From: a virus
Lineage: Duplodnaviria; Caudoviricetes
Length of the DNA: 35,047 bases
Strand: one strand, 5' to 3'
Virus record (IMG/VR): IMGVR_UViG_3300048848_000238
Coordinates: 1 to 35,047 of that record
Of this stretch, positions 26,682 through 34,702 are shown piece after piece (the first letter of the stretch is position 1; each line of letters starts with the position of its first letter). A program made the translations under genes and the position numbers. A model generated the notes under the pieces. That model was given only the letters and a program-made list of their open reading frames with translations, was not told the DNA's origin and searched no databases.

Positions 26682-26706
26682 TGCCAGCCTAGTGCTGGCT
26701 TTTTTA
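26682..26706 (+). terminator. Terminator upstream of cIII
   Basis: GCCAGC-CTAGT-GCTGGC followed by T run. Confidence 0.75.
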
Positions 26707-26744
26707 CGCACCAACACCAACCAAATCAATCAAGGAACCCCACG

Positions 26745-26882
26745 ATGACCTTCTCTATCGCGGGTGGACCCATCGTGGGCTTCACCCATTTTAACGAATC
26801 TCAACTCGACCGCGTTGTCCGTCGCATTCGCACTGGCTGGCGCAACCTTCTCAACACTCTGAATCAGCCAGGGAGACCGTAA
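26745..26882 (+). CDS. cIII: CIII (FtsH inhibitor)
   Basis: MTFSIAGG...ESQLDRVVRRIRTGWRNLLNTLNQPG parallels lambda CIII. Confidence 0.85.
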   Translation: MTFSIAGGPIVGFTHFNESQLDRVVRRIRTGWRNLLNTLNQPGRP

Positions 26883-26884
26883 CC

Positions 26885-26998
26885 ATGAGAAACAGCTACT
26901 TCATGAAAGCGCAGGAGCTTTCACGAGAAGCCCATCTATTCGGCGACAAAGCCAAGTGGGCCATGGCAATGCAACTGTTACGGAGGGCTTTTAAATGA
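26885..26998 (+). CDS. kil: Kil-like cell division inhibitor
   Basis: Follows cIII; AQ....A.LFGD..W..AM resembles lambda-type Kil. Confidence 0.6.
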   Translation: MRNSYFMKAQELSREAHLFGDKAKWAMAMQLLRRAFK

Positions 26999-27189
26999 AG
27001 CTGAAAGTTGAATGCGGCGAGGTGCAGTCACGCGCCGGTTATCGCCCCGGAATGATGGTGCTCACTCTGGATGAGGTGACGCTACAGGACTTCACAGCAA
27101 CGGATGTGCTCAATCAGATGGACATCAAAGACGTCATGGAGTGGCTTAATGAACAGGGTTACACGATTCATGAGAGGGCCGCAGCATGA
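26995..27189 (+). CDS. Hypothetical protein
   Basis: ATGA-coupled, GGAGG RBS. Confidence 0.65.
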   Translation: MKLKVECGEVQSRAGYRPGMMVLTLDEVTLQDFTATDVLNQMDIKDVMEWLNEQGYTIHERAAA

Positions 27190-27344
27190 TTGATGCAGAC
27201 AGCTTCTTCATCGACATGAAGAAGGCGATTTTGGGCGACGCATTAGAACCAATGACTGACGAGCAGGCTGCAATCGATGCGGCGGCTGATTACCGTACGG
27301 AGCAACAGGCGGCAAGAATGGGAGTTGCATATGAGCGTTTATAA
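27186..27344 (+). CDS. Hypothetical 52-aa protein
   Basis: Own translation MIDADSFF...; coupled on both sides. Confidence 0.55.
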   Translation: MIDADSFFIDMKKAILGDALEPMTDEQAAIDAAADYRTEQQAARMGVAYERL

Positions 27345-27945
27345 GGCGATTAGCCTGGTGGCCAAGGAAATGGCAGAGCAAGGCATCAGTAAGGACCGGG
27401 AAAACCGTCAGCAGGGTTTTAGCTTTCGCGGAATCGACCAGGTGTATAACGCATTGGCCCCGATGCTGGCCAAGCATGGTCTTGTCATCCTGCCCCGAAT
27501 AACTGAGCGAACCGTTACCGAGAGAACAACAGCAAAAGGTGGTGTCCTTTTCTATGTGGTCGTCAAAGCTGAGTTTGATTTTGTCGCGACAGAGGATGGC
27601 AGTAAACACACTGTCATTACTTATGGTGAGGCGATGGATAGCGGAGATAAGGCCACAAACAAAGCCATGTCGATCGCCTACAAATACGCGGCATTTCAGG
27701 CGTTCTGTATCCCTACAGAGCAGACAGCAATTGATGCGGACGCTGAAGTGCACCAGGTGGCAGCGCGATCACCCGATGAAATTTTGGCTGACTTCACCGC
27801 GCAGGCTTCTGAATGCGCAGACCTTGAAGGGCTGAAAGGAATCTACAAACCGGCATGGAATGCTCTGGCTTCCTCTGCTGAACACCAACAAAAGTGCGTC
27901 GATGTATTCAAAACACGCGGCGCAGAACTAAGCAAGGCGGCATAA
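27331..27945 (+). CDS. erf: ERF-family single-strand annealing protein
   Basis: FRGID.VYNAL.P, GEAMDSGDKA.NKAMS.AYKY and F.IPT motifs; start MSVYKA. Confidence 0.85.
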   Translation: MSVYKAISLVAKEMAEQGISKDRENRQQGFSFRGIDQVYNALAPMLAKHGLVILPRITERTVTERTTAKGGVLFYVVVKAEFDFVATEDGSKHTVITYGEAMDSGDKATNKAMSIAYKYAAFQAFCIPTEQTAIDADAEVHQVAARSPDEILADFTAQASECADLEGLKGIYKPAWNALASSAEHQQKCVDVFKTRGAELSKAA

Positions 27946-28422
27946 ATGGCGAGTCGTGGAGTTAATAAAGTTATCCTGGTGGGAAATTTGGGTCAGGACC
28001 CTGAAATTCGGTACATGCCAAATGGTGGCGCAGTCGCAAACATTACGCTGGCCACGTCGGAAAGCTGGCGCGACAAGCAGACCGGAGAGAATAAGGAAGT
28101 TACCGAATGGCATCGTGTAGTGCTGTTCGGGAAGCTGGCAGAGGTTGCTGGCGAGTATCTCAGGAAGGGATCGCAGGTTTATATCGAAGGTCAACTTCGT
28201 ACCCGTAAGTGGCAGGCACAGGACGGTACAGAGAAGTACACCACGGAAGTAGTGGTAAATGTTGGCGGAACCCTGCAAATGCTGGGAGGAAAACAGGAAG
28301 GTGGTCAGGGAAACCGGCCACAGCAAAATCAGCAACAGCGACCGCAGCAGCAGGCTGGGGAATCTACTCCAACGGCGAACAATGAGCCGCCGATGAATTT
28401 CGATGACGATATACCGTTTTAG
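27946..28422 (+). CDS. ssb: Single-stranded DNA-binding protein
   Basis: [21 protein letters not shown]-terminus and DDDIPF tail. Confidence 0.97.
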   Translation: MASRGVNKVILVGNLGQDPEIRYMPNGGAVANITLATSESWRDKQTGENKEVTEWHRVVLFGKLAEVAGEYLRKGSQVYIEGQLRTRKWQAQDGTEKYTTEVVVNVGGTLQMLGGKQEGGQGNRPQQNQQQRPQQQAGESTPTANNEPPMNFDDDIPF

Positions 28423-28430
28423 GAGGCGCA

Positions 28431-28859
28431 ATGATTACCTGCAACAAGTGCCATGAAACTAAGTCGCAGGATGAATTTTACCCAAGGAACCGAGTGTGCA
28501 AGGAATGCACCAAGGCAAGGGTCGCCGAATATCAGAGAGGCATTGGAAAGCAAGTAGCTAACAAAGCGAAAAGGAAATATGACCTGACGGATAAAGGAAA
28601 AGCTGCATTAGCGAGAGCAAAGGGAAACTATCTAAACAGCCACCGCGACAGGCAGAGGTGCAGATGGGCTGTTAAACGAGCGGTAAAAGCTGGAAAGCTT
28701 GTCAGGCCGCAACTGTGTGAAAGCTGCTCATGTAAATGCAGGCCTCACGCGCACCACCCTGATTATGGAAAGCCGCTACTTGTTGAGTGGTTGTGCAGTG
28801 ATTGCCATGTCCAATGGCACAAATCTAACACTCCGATATACCCACCAAGCCAGATTTAA
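28431..28859 (+). CDS. Zn-finger/HNH-like protein
   Basis: CxxC...CKEC; C..C....AHH.DY.KPL.V.WLC..CH...H. Confidence 0.7.
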   Translation: MITCNKCHETKSQDEFYPRNRVCKECTKARVAEYQRGIGKQVANKAKRKYDLTDKGKAALARAKGNYLNSHRDRQRCRWAVKRAVKAGKLVRPQLCESCSCKCRPHAHHPDYGKPLLVEWLCSDCHVQWHKSNTPIYPPSQI

Positions 28860-28876
28860 CCCAATAAGGCACCCGC

Positions 28877-29227
28877 ATGGAACTGTCACCGACTTTATCG
28901 GCGTATTGCTCACGTCTGAATGATGCCGATCGCAATAGATTCATACGCAGGCTTGAGCAGATGTCGCCAATGGAATTACGCAAGGAGTCGGTGGCCCGTG
29001 GAGCATTTATGGCAATGGAAGCCAGCCATCGCGGAGAGGATCACCCGCAGAGGTTAACGCCAGCAAGGAAAGCCGAGCAGAAGGAGCAGCGCAGGCTGGA
29101 TGCGGTGGTGAAAGAGACGAGCAGATATCCGCAACTACCGCGCATCGTTGTGACGAAGCCGGATGTTATCTGGATGGATTACACAACTGAGCGCCGTGGA
29201 CGGTTGGGCGCGGTATTGCAGGAATAA
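28877..29227 (+). CDS. Hypothetical protein (possibly Abc2-like)
   Basis: Position after erf/ssb; C-terminal RGRLGAV loosely recalls P22 Abc2. Confidence 0.5.
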   Translation: MELSPTLSAYCSRLNDADRNRFIRRLEQMSPMELRKESVARGAFMAMEASHRGEDHPQRLTPARKAEQKEQRRLDAVVKETSRYPQLPRIVVTKPDVIWMDYTTERRGRLGAVLQE

Positions 29228-29274
29228 CTATTGTCGCCGCGGCATTGAGCCTGACAGCGGCATAAGGGGATGAG

Positions 29275-29799
29275 ATGAGCGAAGTGAAACAATATGCAGA
29301 ACGCGATGCCATGGCTCTGGATGATGCTGGCGGATACTACTTACGCCATGTGCTAGCGATGACCGGTGAGAAGTTGCATTCCAAAAGTGATATTGCAGCC
29401 GAGCTGGGCTGGCGTGACATGCAGATTGAGCAACTCAAAGCAGAGCGAGATGCGATGGCGGCTGAGGTAGTAACTTCCATTCAGGCGGTTGATTACGTGC
29501 TTGAGTGCTATGAAGCAGCACAAGTGGAAGGGCTTTTCTCAGTAATAGATTCTTGTGGTGACGAAAATATTAAAGACATTTTTCAGCGTCGAATTATTCC
29601 AATTGTTCCATGCCTTGAGCCAACCCCAGCCACAGACGCCTTCCTCAACTCGGTGCGGGCGGACGGCATTGAACTGTTGGCGGTAAATCTTGCTACTCCT
29701 AACCATGAATTGGCGGATGGGACTAACAGAATCAACAAAGCTGTTGCTTGGTACGCTCGCCAGTTTGCCAATCAACTCCGAGCCGGTAAGGATAAATGA
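29275..29799 (+). CDS. Ea-region hypothetical protein
   Basis: MT.EKLHSKSDIAAEL..RD and TPATDAFL..VRA motifs. Confidence 0.7.
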   Translation: MSEVKQYAERDAMALDDAGGYYLRHVLAMTGEKLHSKSDIAAELGWRDMQIEQLKAERDAMAAEVVTSIQAVDYVLECYEAAQVEGLFSVIDSCGDENIKDIFQRRIIPIVPCLEPTPATDAFLNSVRADGIELLAVNLATPNHELADGTNRINKAVAWYARQFANQLRAGKDK

Positions 29800-30173
29800 T
29801 GAACGTAGAACAAAAGGCGGAGCTGATTGAATGTTGCAAATTAATGATTGACGTCAGCCGAAATCACGAAGAGGTAATGATTGCCCGAATCGCGCTTGCA
29901 TCCCTGACGGCGGAACCGATGATTTGGCATAACGGAGATATTACTGATTTGCTTGCTGAGGGAAATATTGCTGCGCATCGGACTGGCACGCATGTCATGC
30001 CACTTTACCCCGCGCCGCCAGTGCCGGTGATGAAAGCGGTTAAGCCGCCAAAGCCGATGCGAGATAACTGGCCGGGCATTTCTTATACCGCCGGTATGGC
30101 GTTTGACCAACAAGACGAACTGTGGAAAGCCGCACTCCGTGAAGCCGGTATCCAGATTGAGGGTGAAGAATAA
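29796..30173 (+). CDS. Eaa-like hypothetical protein
   Basis: IARIALASLTAEP and PLY.APP motifs. Confidence 0.7.
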   Translation: MMNVEQKAELIECCKLMIDVSRNHEEVMIARIALASLTAEPMIWHNGDITDLLAEGNIAAHRTGTHVMPLYPAPPVPVMKAVKPPKPMRDNWPGISYTAGMAFDQQDELWKAALREAGIQIEGEE

Positions 30174-30829
30174 TGCAAAAATTAAAAGAGTTAGTGTCGT
30201 TAGCCCGATGCGCGCAAGCGGATGACTGGTCAGGTCAGGTTATATCCCCTGAAACCATTTTCGCTATTGCCGGGCATGTGCGGGAACTGGAGCAGGAAGC
30301 ACAAAAGAATCTTGAAGGTGCGTTTGCATGGCAACAGCGCGCAGAAGCAGCAGAGGCGAAATTGGCCGATGAGAAGCAGATAAACAGCAAGCTGCGCGAT
30401 GATAGGGCCGTGCTATCAAGGGAATGCAACGAATTTGAAGCGAAGCTGGCCGAGCTGAATAAGCAGGAGCCTGTTTTATACGCGCTGAAATTTAAGAATA
30501 GCAACGGAAAACCTGAAAGGTTAATTAACGACAACTGCTTGTTTCGCCATCGCGAAGACGCAGAAAAATATGGGTTGGGCGGTAACTACGTCACGCAAGA
30601 AAACGGAAAGATAGAATGGGTTGCAAACCCATCGCTGAACCCTGAAGTTATTCCACTATTCACCCGCCCCGCGCCAGCCGTTAACCTGGCTGATTTAGTG
30701 CCGGAATGCTTCACCCAACTTCATAAAGAGATAGGTTCGCGACATAACGGCAGAATGCCAAAAGAAGTGCAAGACGCCTTTGATGAATGTACTGCCATCC
30801 TGCGTAAAATTGAGGAAGCGAAGAAATGA
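30173..30829 (+). CDS. Ead/Ea22-like protein
   Basis: PETI.A, RAEAAEAKLA, KQEPV and PLFTRPAPA motifs. Confidence 0.7.
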   Translation: MQKLKELVSLARCAQADDWSGQVISPETIFAIAGHVRELEQEAQKNLEGAFAWQQRAEAAEAKLADEKQINSKLRDDRAVLSRECNEFEAKLAELNKQEPVLYALKFKNSNGKPERLINDNCLFRHREDAEKYGLGGNYVTQENGKIEWVANPSLNPEVIPLFTRPAPAVNLADLVPECFTQLHKEIGSRHNGRMPKEVQDAFDECTAILRKIEEAKK

Positions 30830-30991
30830 AGATGAAGGCCCACAGTGGTGATTTTGGTTGGTGGATCGGGCTTTCTTTCAACTTTAGCCGGGAAATGATG
30901 TTTCACCGATGCAGCATGACTTATGACGGTTGCCGAATGCACGCGCTATGGCTTCTGGGTTTCGGCTTTCAGTTGTGGGAGGCGGGTGAAA

Positions 30992-31255
30992 ATGGCGAGG
31001 TTTGATAAAATGACAGTATCGAATAAGCGGCTTGAGTGCGTACTAGCTAAGGATGAAGAGTGGTGTTTTACCAGGCTCGAGTTGTTTGCTATGGCAGAAG
31101 AGTTGCTGGCGCTGCGTAAGGCGTTTAGTGAGCCGGTCGCATATACGGCCCAAGAGAACATTGATGGATTTGGGGGTAGCGCTGGTTATATGTGGCCTCC
31201 TGGAAATCAAAAGCCAACAGATGTCGCGCTTTACTGTAAGCCCACTTTGCCTTAA
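30992..31255 (+). CDS. Ea-region hypothetical protein
   Basis: MAEELLALRK...EPVAY motif; start uncertain. Confidence 0.55.
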   Translation: MARFDKMTVSNKRLECVLAKDEEWCFTRLELFAMAEELLALRKAFSEPVAYTAQENIDGFGGSAGYMWPPGNQKPTDVALYCKPTLP

Positions 31256-31286
31256 AGCGATATACTCCAACTCAGGAGGACATCGC

Positions 31287-31526
31287 ATGTCACACAACTT
31301 AGCAGCACGCAGCAGAGAAGAACGCGACAAGGTCAACGTTGATTTGGCAGCATCCGGCGTGGCTTACAAGGAGCGTTTAAACCAGCCAGTTATCGCCATG
31401 GAAGTGGAATTGCAGCAGCCGGCGGATTTACGTGAATACTTTCGTGAGCGTTTGCAGCATTACAGGAACGTTGCGTTGCAGTATCCGCGCGGCACTGATC
31501 CGATTTATCAGAAGGAGGAGAAGTGA
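31287..31526 (+). CDS. holE: DNA polymerase III theta subunit homologue (HolE/Hot)
   Basis: DKVNVDLAASGVAYKERLN.PVIA..VE..QP..LR.YFRERL matches HolE; AGGAGG RBS. Confidence 0.9.
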   Translation: MSHNLAARSREERDKVNVDLAASGVAYKERLNQPVIAMEVELQQPADLREYFRERLQHYRNVALQYPRGTDPIYQKEEK

Positions 31527-31786
31527 TGCTACGAGTTTCGGTAAGAACAGACCGTTATCCCGACCTGGCTCTTGATGCGAAAATAACTCCGGGAACCCGG
31601 ATGGGACTATCAACTCTCGTGACAAACGATGAGCTTAAGGTTTTCCGTTGCAAAGAGGCTGATGTCATTTTCTCAGGACTAGGGTTTGATGCTCATGTTC
31701 CATTCAGCATTAATCGCGCGGATTTTGTGACCTACTATTACCAAGCTATGGACGATGAGGGATTCATCTTTCACTCAAACCCTTAA
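31523..31786 (+). CDS. Hypothetical protein
   Basis: Coupled to holE; AGGAGG RBS. Confidence 0.55.
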   Translation: MMLRVSVRTDRYPDLALDAKITPGTRMGLSTLVTNDELKVFRCKEADVIFSGLGFDAHVPFSINRADFVTYYYQAMDDEGFIFHSNP

Positions 31787-31804
31787 TAAATTGTTCATCC
31801 AGAC

Positions 31805-31834
31805 AAAACCTCGCCCCGGCGGGGTTTTTTATTG
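31805..31834 (+). terminator. Rho-independent terminator
   Basis: AACCTCGCC-CC-GGCGGGGTT followed by T run. Confidence 0.75.
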
Positions 31835-31842
31835 CCTGAAAT

Positions 31843-32034
31843 ATGGAGGTAGCCGTGACCGCATACATGTTGATGCGCATCCCAACGAGAAATTATCGAG
31901 GCTATGAGGCTGAGTTAGTGGACATATATCTCAGCAAGGATTCTGCCGAAAGCGAGGTGGTGCGAAGAAATTCCTACACGCGTGAAGGCCGGAAGTTCGA
32001 TTACATATTGCGAGTTAAAAAGGTTAAGGAGTGA
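31843..32034 (+). CDS. Hypothetical protein
   Basis: ORF in pL operon; the true start may be GTG at 31855. Confidence 0.55.
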   Translation: MEVAVTAYMLMRIPTRNYRGYEAELVDIYLSKDSAESEVVRRNSYTREGRKFDYILRVKKVKE

Positions 32035-32037
32035 GCC

Positions 32038-32256
32038 ATGAATTTTCCAGACCCAGCAGATGAAGCAGCAGAACGCGAGCAGCAGATGATTGAAGTGGCA
32101 CTGGCTAACAGGCCAAAGCCAACTATGACATTCACTGGAGTCTGCCATAACGGTGACTGTGGCGAGTTACTGGATAAAGGGTTCTTCTGTTGCCCTGAGT
32201 GCCGGGAAGACTTCGAGCGCATTGAGCGCGCTAAGCAGCATCGCAAGGTGGCATGA
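32038..32256 (+). CDS. TraR/DksA-like Zn-finger protein
   Basis: N-terminal DPADEA (DxxDxA) plus C-x4-C...CCxxC. Confidence 0.65.
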   Translation: MNFPDPADEAAEREQQMIEVALANRPKPTMTFTGVCHNGDCGELLDKGFFCCPECREDFERIERAKQHRKVA

Positions 32257-32277
32257 GTAAGACTGAGGGGCTTAATT

Positions 32278-32703
32278 ATGAACCTAGATACCGAGTGCAT
32301 TCTTTGGAAAAAGTATATCGACAAGAAAGGATATGGGGGAATGAGATTCCAGGGGAAAACGCGGCTTGCTCACAGGGTGGCTTATTGCCTGCACCACGCG
32401 ATTGACATTGAAGACATAAATGGAATTTGTGTAAGGCATAAATGTGATACGCCCGCGTGTGTTAATCCACTTCACCTTGAGTTGGGTACGCATCAGGAGA
32501 ACATGAAGGATATGGTTGATCGCAATCGCTCTACAAGAGGAGAGAAATCAGCACACGCAAAACTCACTAAGGATCAGGTTGAGGAGATTAGGCGTAGATA
32601 TGTTCCGCGCTCAAAGCACGCGAACATGTTCGTCTTAGCTGACGCGTATGGGATTTGCCAAGCTGCAGTTTCTCAGATCGTAAATCACAAGCGATGGAAG
32701 TAA
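32278..32703 (+). CDS. HNH endonuclease
   Basis: C..W, AHRVAY, VRHKCD.PACVNP.HL..GT..EN motifs; C-terminal HTH. Confidence 0.9.
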   Translation: MNLDTECILWKKYIDKKGYGGMRFQGKTRLAHRVAYCLHHAIDIEDINGICVRHKCDTPACVNPLHLELGTHQENMKDMVDRNRSTRGEKSAHAKLTKDQVEEIRRRYVPRSKHANMFVLADAYGICQAAVSQIVNHKRWK

Positions 32704-32814
32704 TCCAAGCACGCCAAATCAATCACCGCCCTGCCGCCAGACACCTTCCCGGCCAAGCGCTGGTTGTCGTTCTATGTGCGTCAGGTTGATAAGGAGTCCG
32801 CCGCTGCAAAATGA
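32704..32814 (+). pseudogene. Probable 3' remnant of a gene displaced by the HNH insertion
   Basis: 36 open codons with no plausible start; stop ATGA-coupled to the next ORF. Confidence 0.35.
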
Positions 32815-32921
32815 CCACCACCTACGACGAGCCTTGCTCACCGGGCGAGATGCTCACCAATATTGCCCTCTTCATCTCAGTCATCATCGCCTGGTTCATC
32901 GGTAAGCCACCTGAAGACTAA
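32811..32921 (+). CDS. 36-aa membrane peptide
   Basis: MTTTYDEPCSPGEMLTNIALFISVIIAWFIGKPPED. Confidence 0.5.
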   Translation: MTTTYDEPCSPGEMLTNIALFISVIIAWFIGKPPED

Positions 32922-33017
32922 TGTCACCATATGCCGACATTAGTCCTCTACATCTTATTTTGTCACTATATGGTTACATAAAGGCTTAGTCTTAATACTT
33001 ATGGTCCCCCTAAAATC

Positions 33018-33050
33018 TTGCGTTAGTTTGCGCTCAAGTTCTGTTAAAAA
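33018..33050 (+). promoter_or_regulatory. pI, CII-dependent integrase promoter
   Basis: TTGC-GTTAGT-TTGC with weak TAAAAA at 17 bp, immediately before xis. Confidence 0.65.
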
Positions 33051-33065
33051 GTGCAGGAGAAAATC

Positions 33066-33338
33066 ATGGCTAAATTGATGAACCTTCAGGAATGGGCTTC
33101 GGCAACTTACTCGCAGCCCCCGTCGCTTTCTACCCTTCGCCGCTGGGTCAGAGAGGGACGGATTTACCCATCGCCTGAACTTCATGGAAAAGAATATAAA
33201 CTCGAACCCGATTCGGTTTACGTGGACCCGCGCAAAAAGATGATGAAGCGCAAGCCGGCAAACGTAGCGCCACCAAGAAAGGGATCGCTTATGGAGAAAC
33301 TGACATATGTTGAACAGGCCAAAGCGCTACGACGCTAA
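33066..33338 (+). CDS. xis: Excisionase
   Basis: LQEW......PSLSTLRRWVREGRIYP.P. Confidence 0.9.
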   Translation: MAKLMNLQEWASATYSQPPSLSTLRRWVREGRIYPSPELHGKEYKLEPDSVYVDPRKKMMKRKPANVAPPRKGSLMEKLTYVEQAKALRR

Positions 33339-34392
33339 TCTGCCGCGTAACCTGACGTATCGTAAAACAAAGCAGATTTACTCTTGGCGCAACCCTGTCA
33401 CTGGTCAGGAAATATCACTAGGCAAAATACCACGCAAGGATGCTGTTGCTCAGGCTATCGAAGCCAACAGTTACATAGAGCAAAACTACCTCCCTTCCGC
33501 ACTTCTCGATCGCCTAAAAGAGCAACCTGAGTTTACCTTCAGTAAATGGCTTGAGCGCTACGATGTCATTCTGGGCAGGCGTAATCTCAAGCCGAACACG
33601 ATGAAGATACGAAACAACCAACTTTCCACGCTTCAGGATGAATTCGGCCGCAAATCCATTGCGGGGATAACGACACGTGACATTGCCGTTTTTCTTGATT
33701 CATATGTTGAGTGCGGGAAGAGAAGCATGGCGGTCGCATTGCGATCATTACTGATGGATGTGTTCAGGGAGGCTGTTGTTGAGGGGGTTATTGAAAAGAA
33801 TCCAGTTGAGCCTACCAGAACACCTGCGCCAGAGGTAAAACGCGAGAGACTGTCCCTTGAACAATTTCTGACTATTCGAAGTGCCGCTGCCTCCATGGGT
33901 GGCTGGCTTCAGAACGCAATGAACCTTGCATTGCTCACCGGTCAGCGTCGCGAAGATATTACCCGCATGCTGTTCAGTGATATCAATGATCAGAGGCTGT
34001 TTGTCACTCAAAGCAAAACGAGTCACAAGTTGGCGGTTCCGCTGAACATTGAACTGAGCGCTGTAGGATTGACACTGGAAGCAGTAATAGAGGAATGCAG
34101 GAAAGGGAATTCGTCAGACAATCTGATTTATTCGTCAGTAAGGCGAGGCGGAAGAAAAGCCGGCCCCGTTATGCCAGATGCGTTGACTGGATCGTTTGCC
34201 GAGGCGAGGGAATTAAGTGGCATTAAGTTTGGACCAAACCCACCTACTTTTCACGAAATACGAAGCCTTGCAAGTCGGCTTTATGAGGTGGAAAATGGAG
34301 AAGAGTTTGCTCAAAGGTTACTCGGACACAAAAACCTTTCTATGACGAAAAAGTACCTTGATTCACGCGGTCAGGAATATGTAATGGTTTGA
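33307..34392 (+). CDS. int: Tyrosine recombinase, lambda-type integrase
   Basis: Arm-binding N-domain; TGQRREDI, FHEIRSL and LLGHK...T..Y catalytic motifs. Confidence 0.96.
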   Translation: MLNRPKRYDANLPRNLTYRKTKQIYSWRNPVTGQEISLGKIPRKDAVAQAIEANSYIEQNYLPSALLDRLKEQPEFTFSKWLERYDVILGRRNLKPNTMKIRNNQLSTLQDEFGRKSIAGITTRDIAVFLDSYVECGKRSMAVALRSLLMDVFREAVVEGVIEKNPVEPTRTPAPEVKRERLSLEQFLTIRSAAASMGGWLQNAMNLALLTGQRREDITRMLFSDINDQRLFVTQSKTSHKLAVPLNIELSAVGLTLEAVIEECRKGNSSDNLIYSSVRRGGRKAGPVMPDALTGSFAEARELSGIKFGPNPPTFHEIRSLASRLYEVENGEEFAQRLLGHKNLSMTKKYLDSRGQEYVMV

Positions 34393-34405
34393 ATCGAATA
34401 TAGTG

Positions 34406-34503
34406 TTTTCGGGAAAAATTCGGGAAATTTCGTTACCACTGAAGAAAAGTCGTTATAAATCAAACACATAAAAAAAGACCGAATACGATTCCTATATTCG
34501 GTC
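34406..34503. other. Putative prophage attachment site
   Basis: TTCGGGAAA direct repeats (34408, 34419); IHF-like AATCAA-N4-ATA (34458-34470); inverted repeat 34477-34486/34494-34503 around a 7-bp spacer. Confidence 0.65.
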
Positions 34504-34569
34504 CAGGGAAATGGCTCTCGAGGAGCCGTGCGCTAAAAGTTGGCATTAATGAAGGCGGTTTCGCCTTGC
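34470..34569 (-). ncRNA. sdsR: SdsR (RyeB) small RNA
   Basis: GCAAGGC...CATTAATGCCAACTTTTAGCGCACGGCTC...GAGCCATTTCCCTGGACCGAATA.AGGAATCGT.TTCGGTC plus U tail; sigmaS-like CTAATCT upstream; next to yebY. Confidence 0.9.
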
Positions 34570-34702
34570 ATCTTAAGATTAGAACAGAGTGGTAGATTTT
34601 CCAGCCGACCGGGCTGTGAGGGGCAGAAAGCGGATCAGTTTGTGATCCGGACGGCAGAAAAGTGCATGAAACGGGTGCAACGCAACGCTGCACCCTGAGA
34701 AT

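Larger units (their letters stand above)
1..34503. mobile_element. Lambdoid prophage (right part; left boundary outside window)
   Basis: Canonical lambdoid order int-xis-ea-recombination-cIII-N-cI-cro-cII-O-nin-Q-lysis-terminase-head-tail; host sdsR/yebY lie beyond int. Confidence 0.97.

Noticed and set aside
27208-28431. Long minus-strand ORFs (181 and 167 aa) opposite erf/ssb
   Set aside because: Shadow ORFs of conserved genes
31053-31286. N-terminal extension of HolE in the ORF track
   Set aside because: Overlaps another gene; the strong RBS and homology begin at 31287
32922-33017. AT-rich gap before xis as a possible moron or defence gene
   Set aside because: Too short, with no credible ORF
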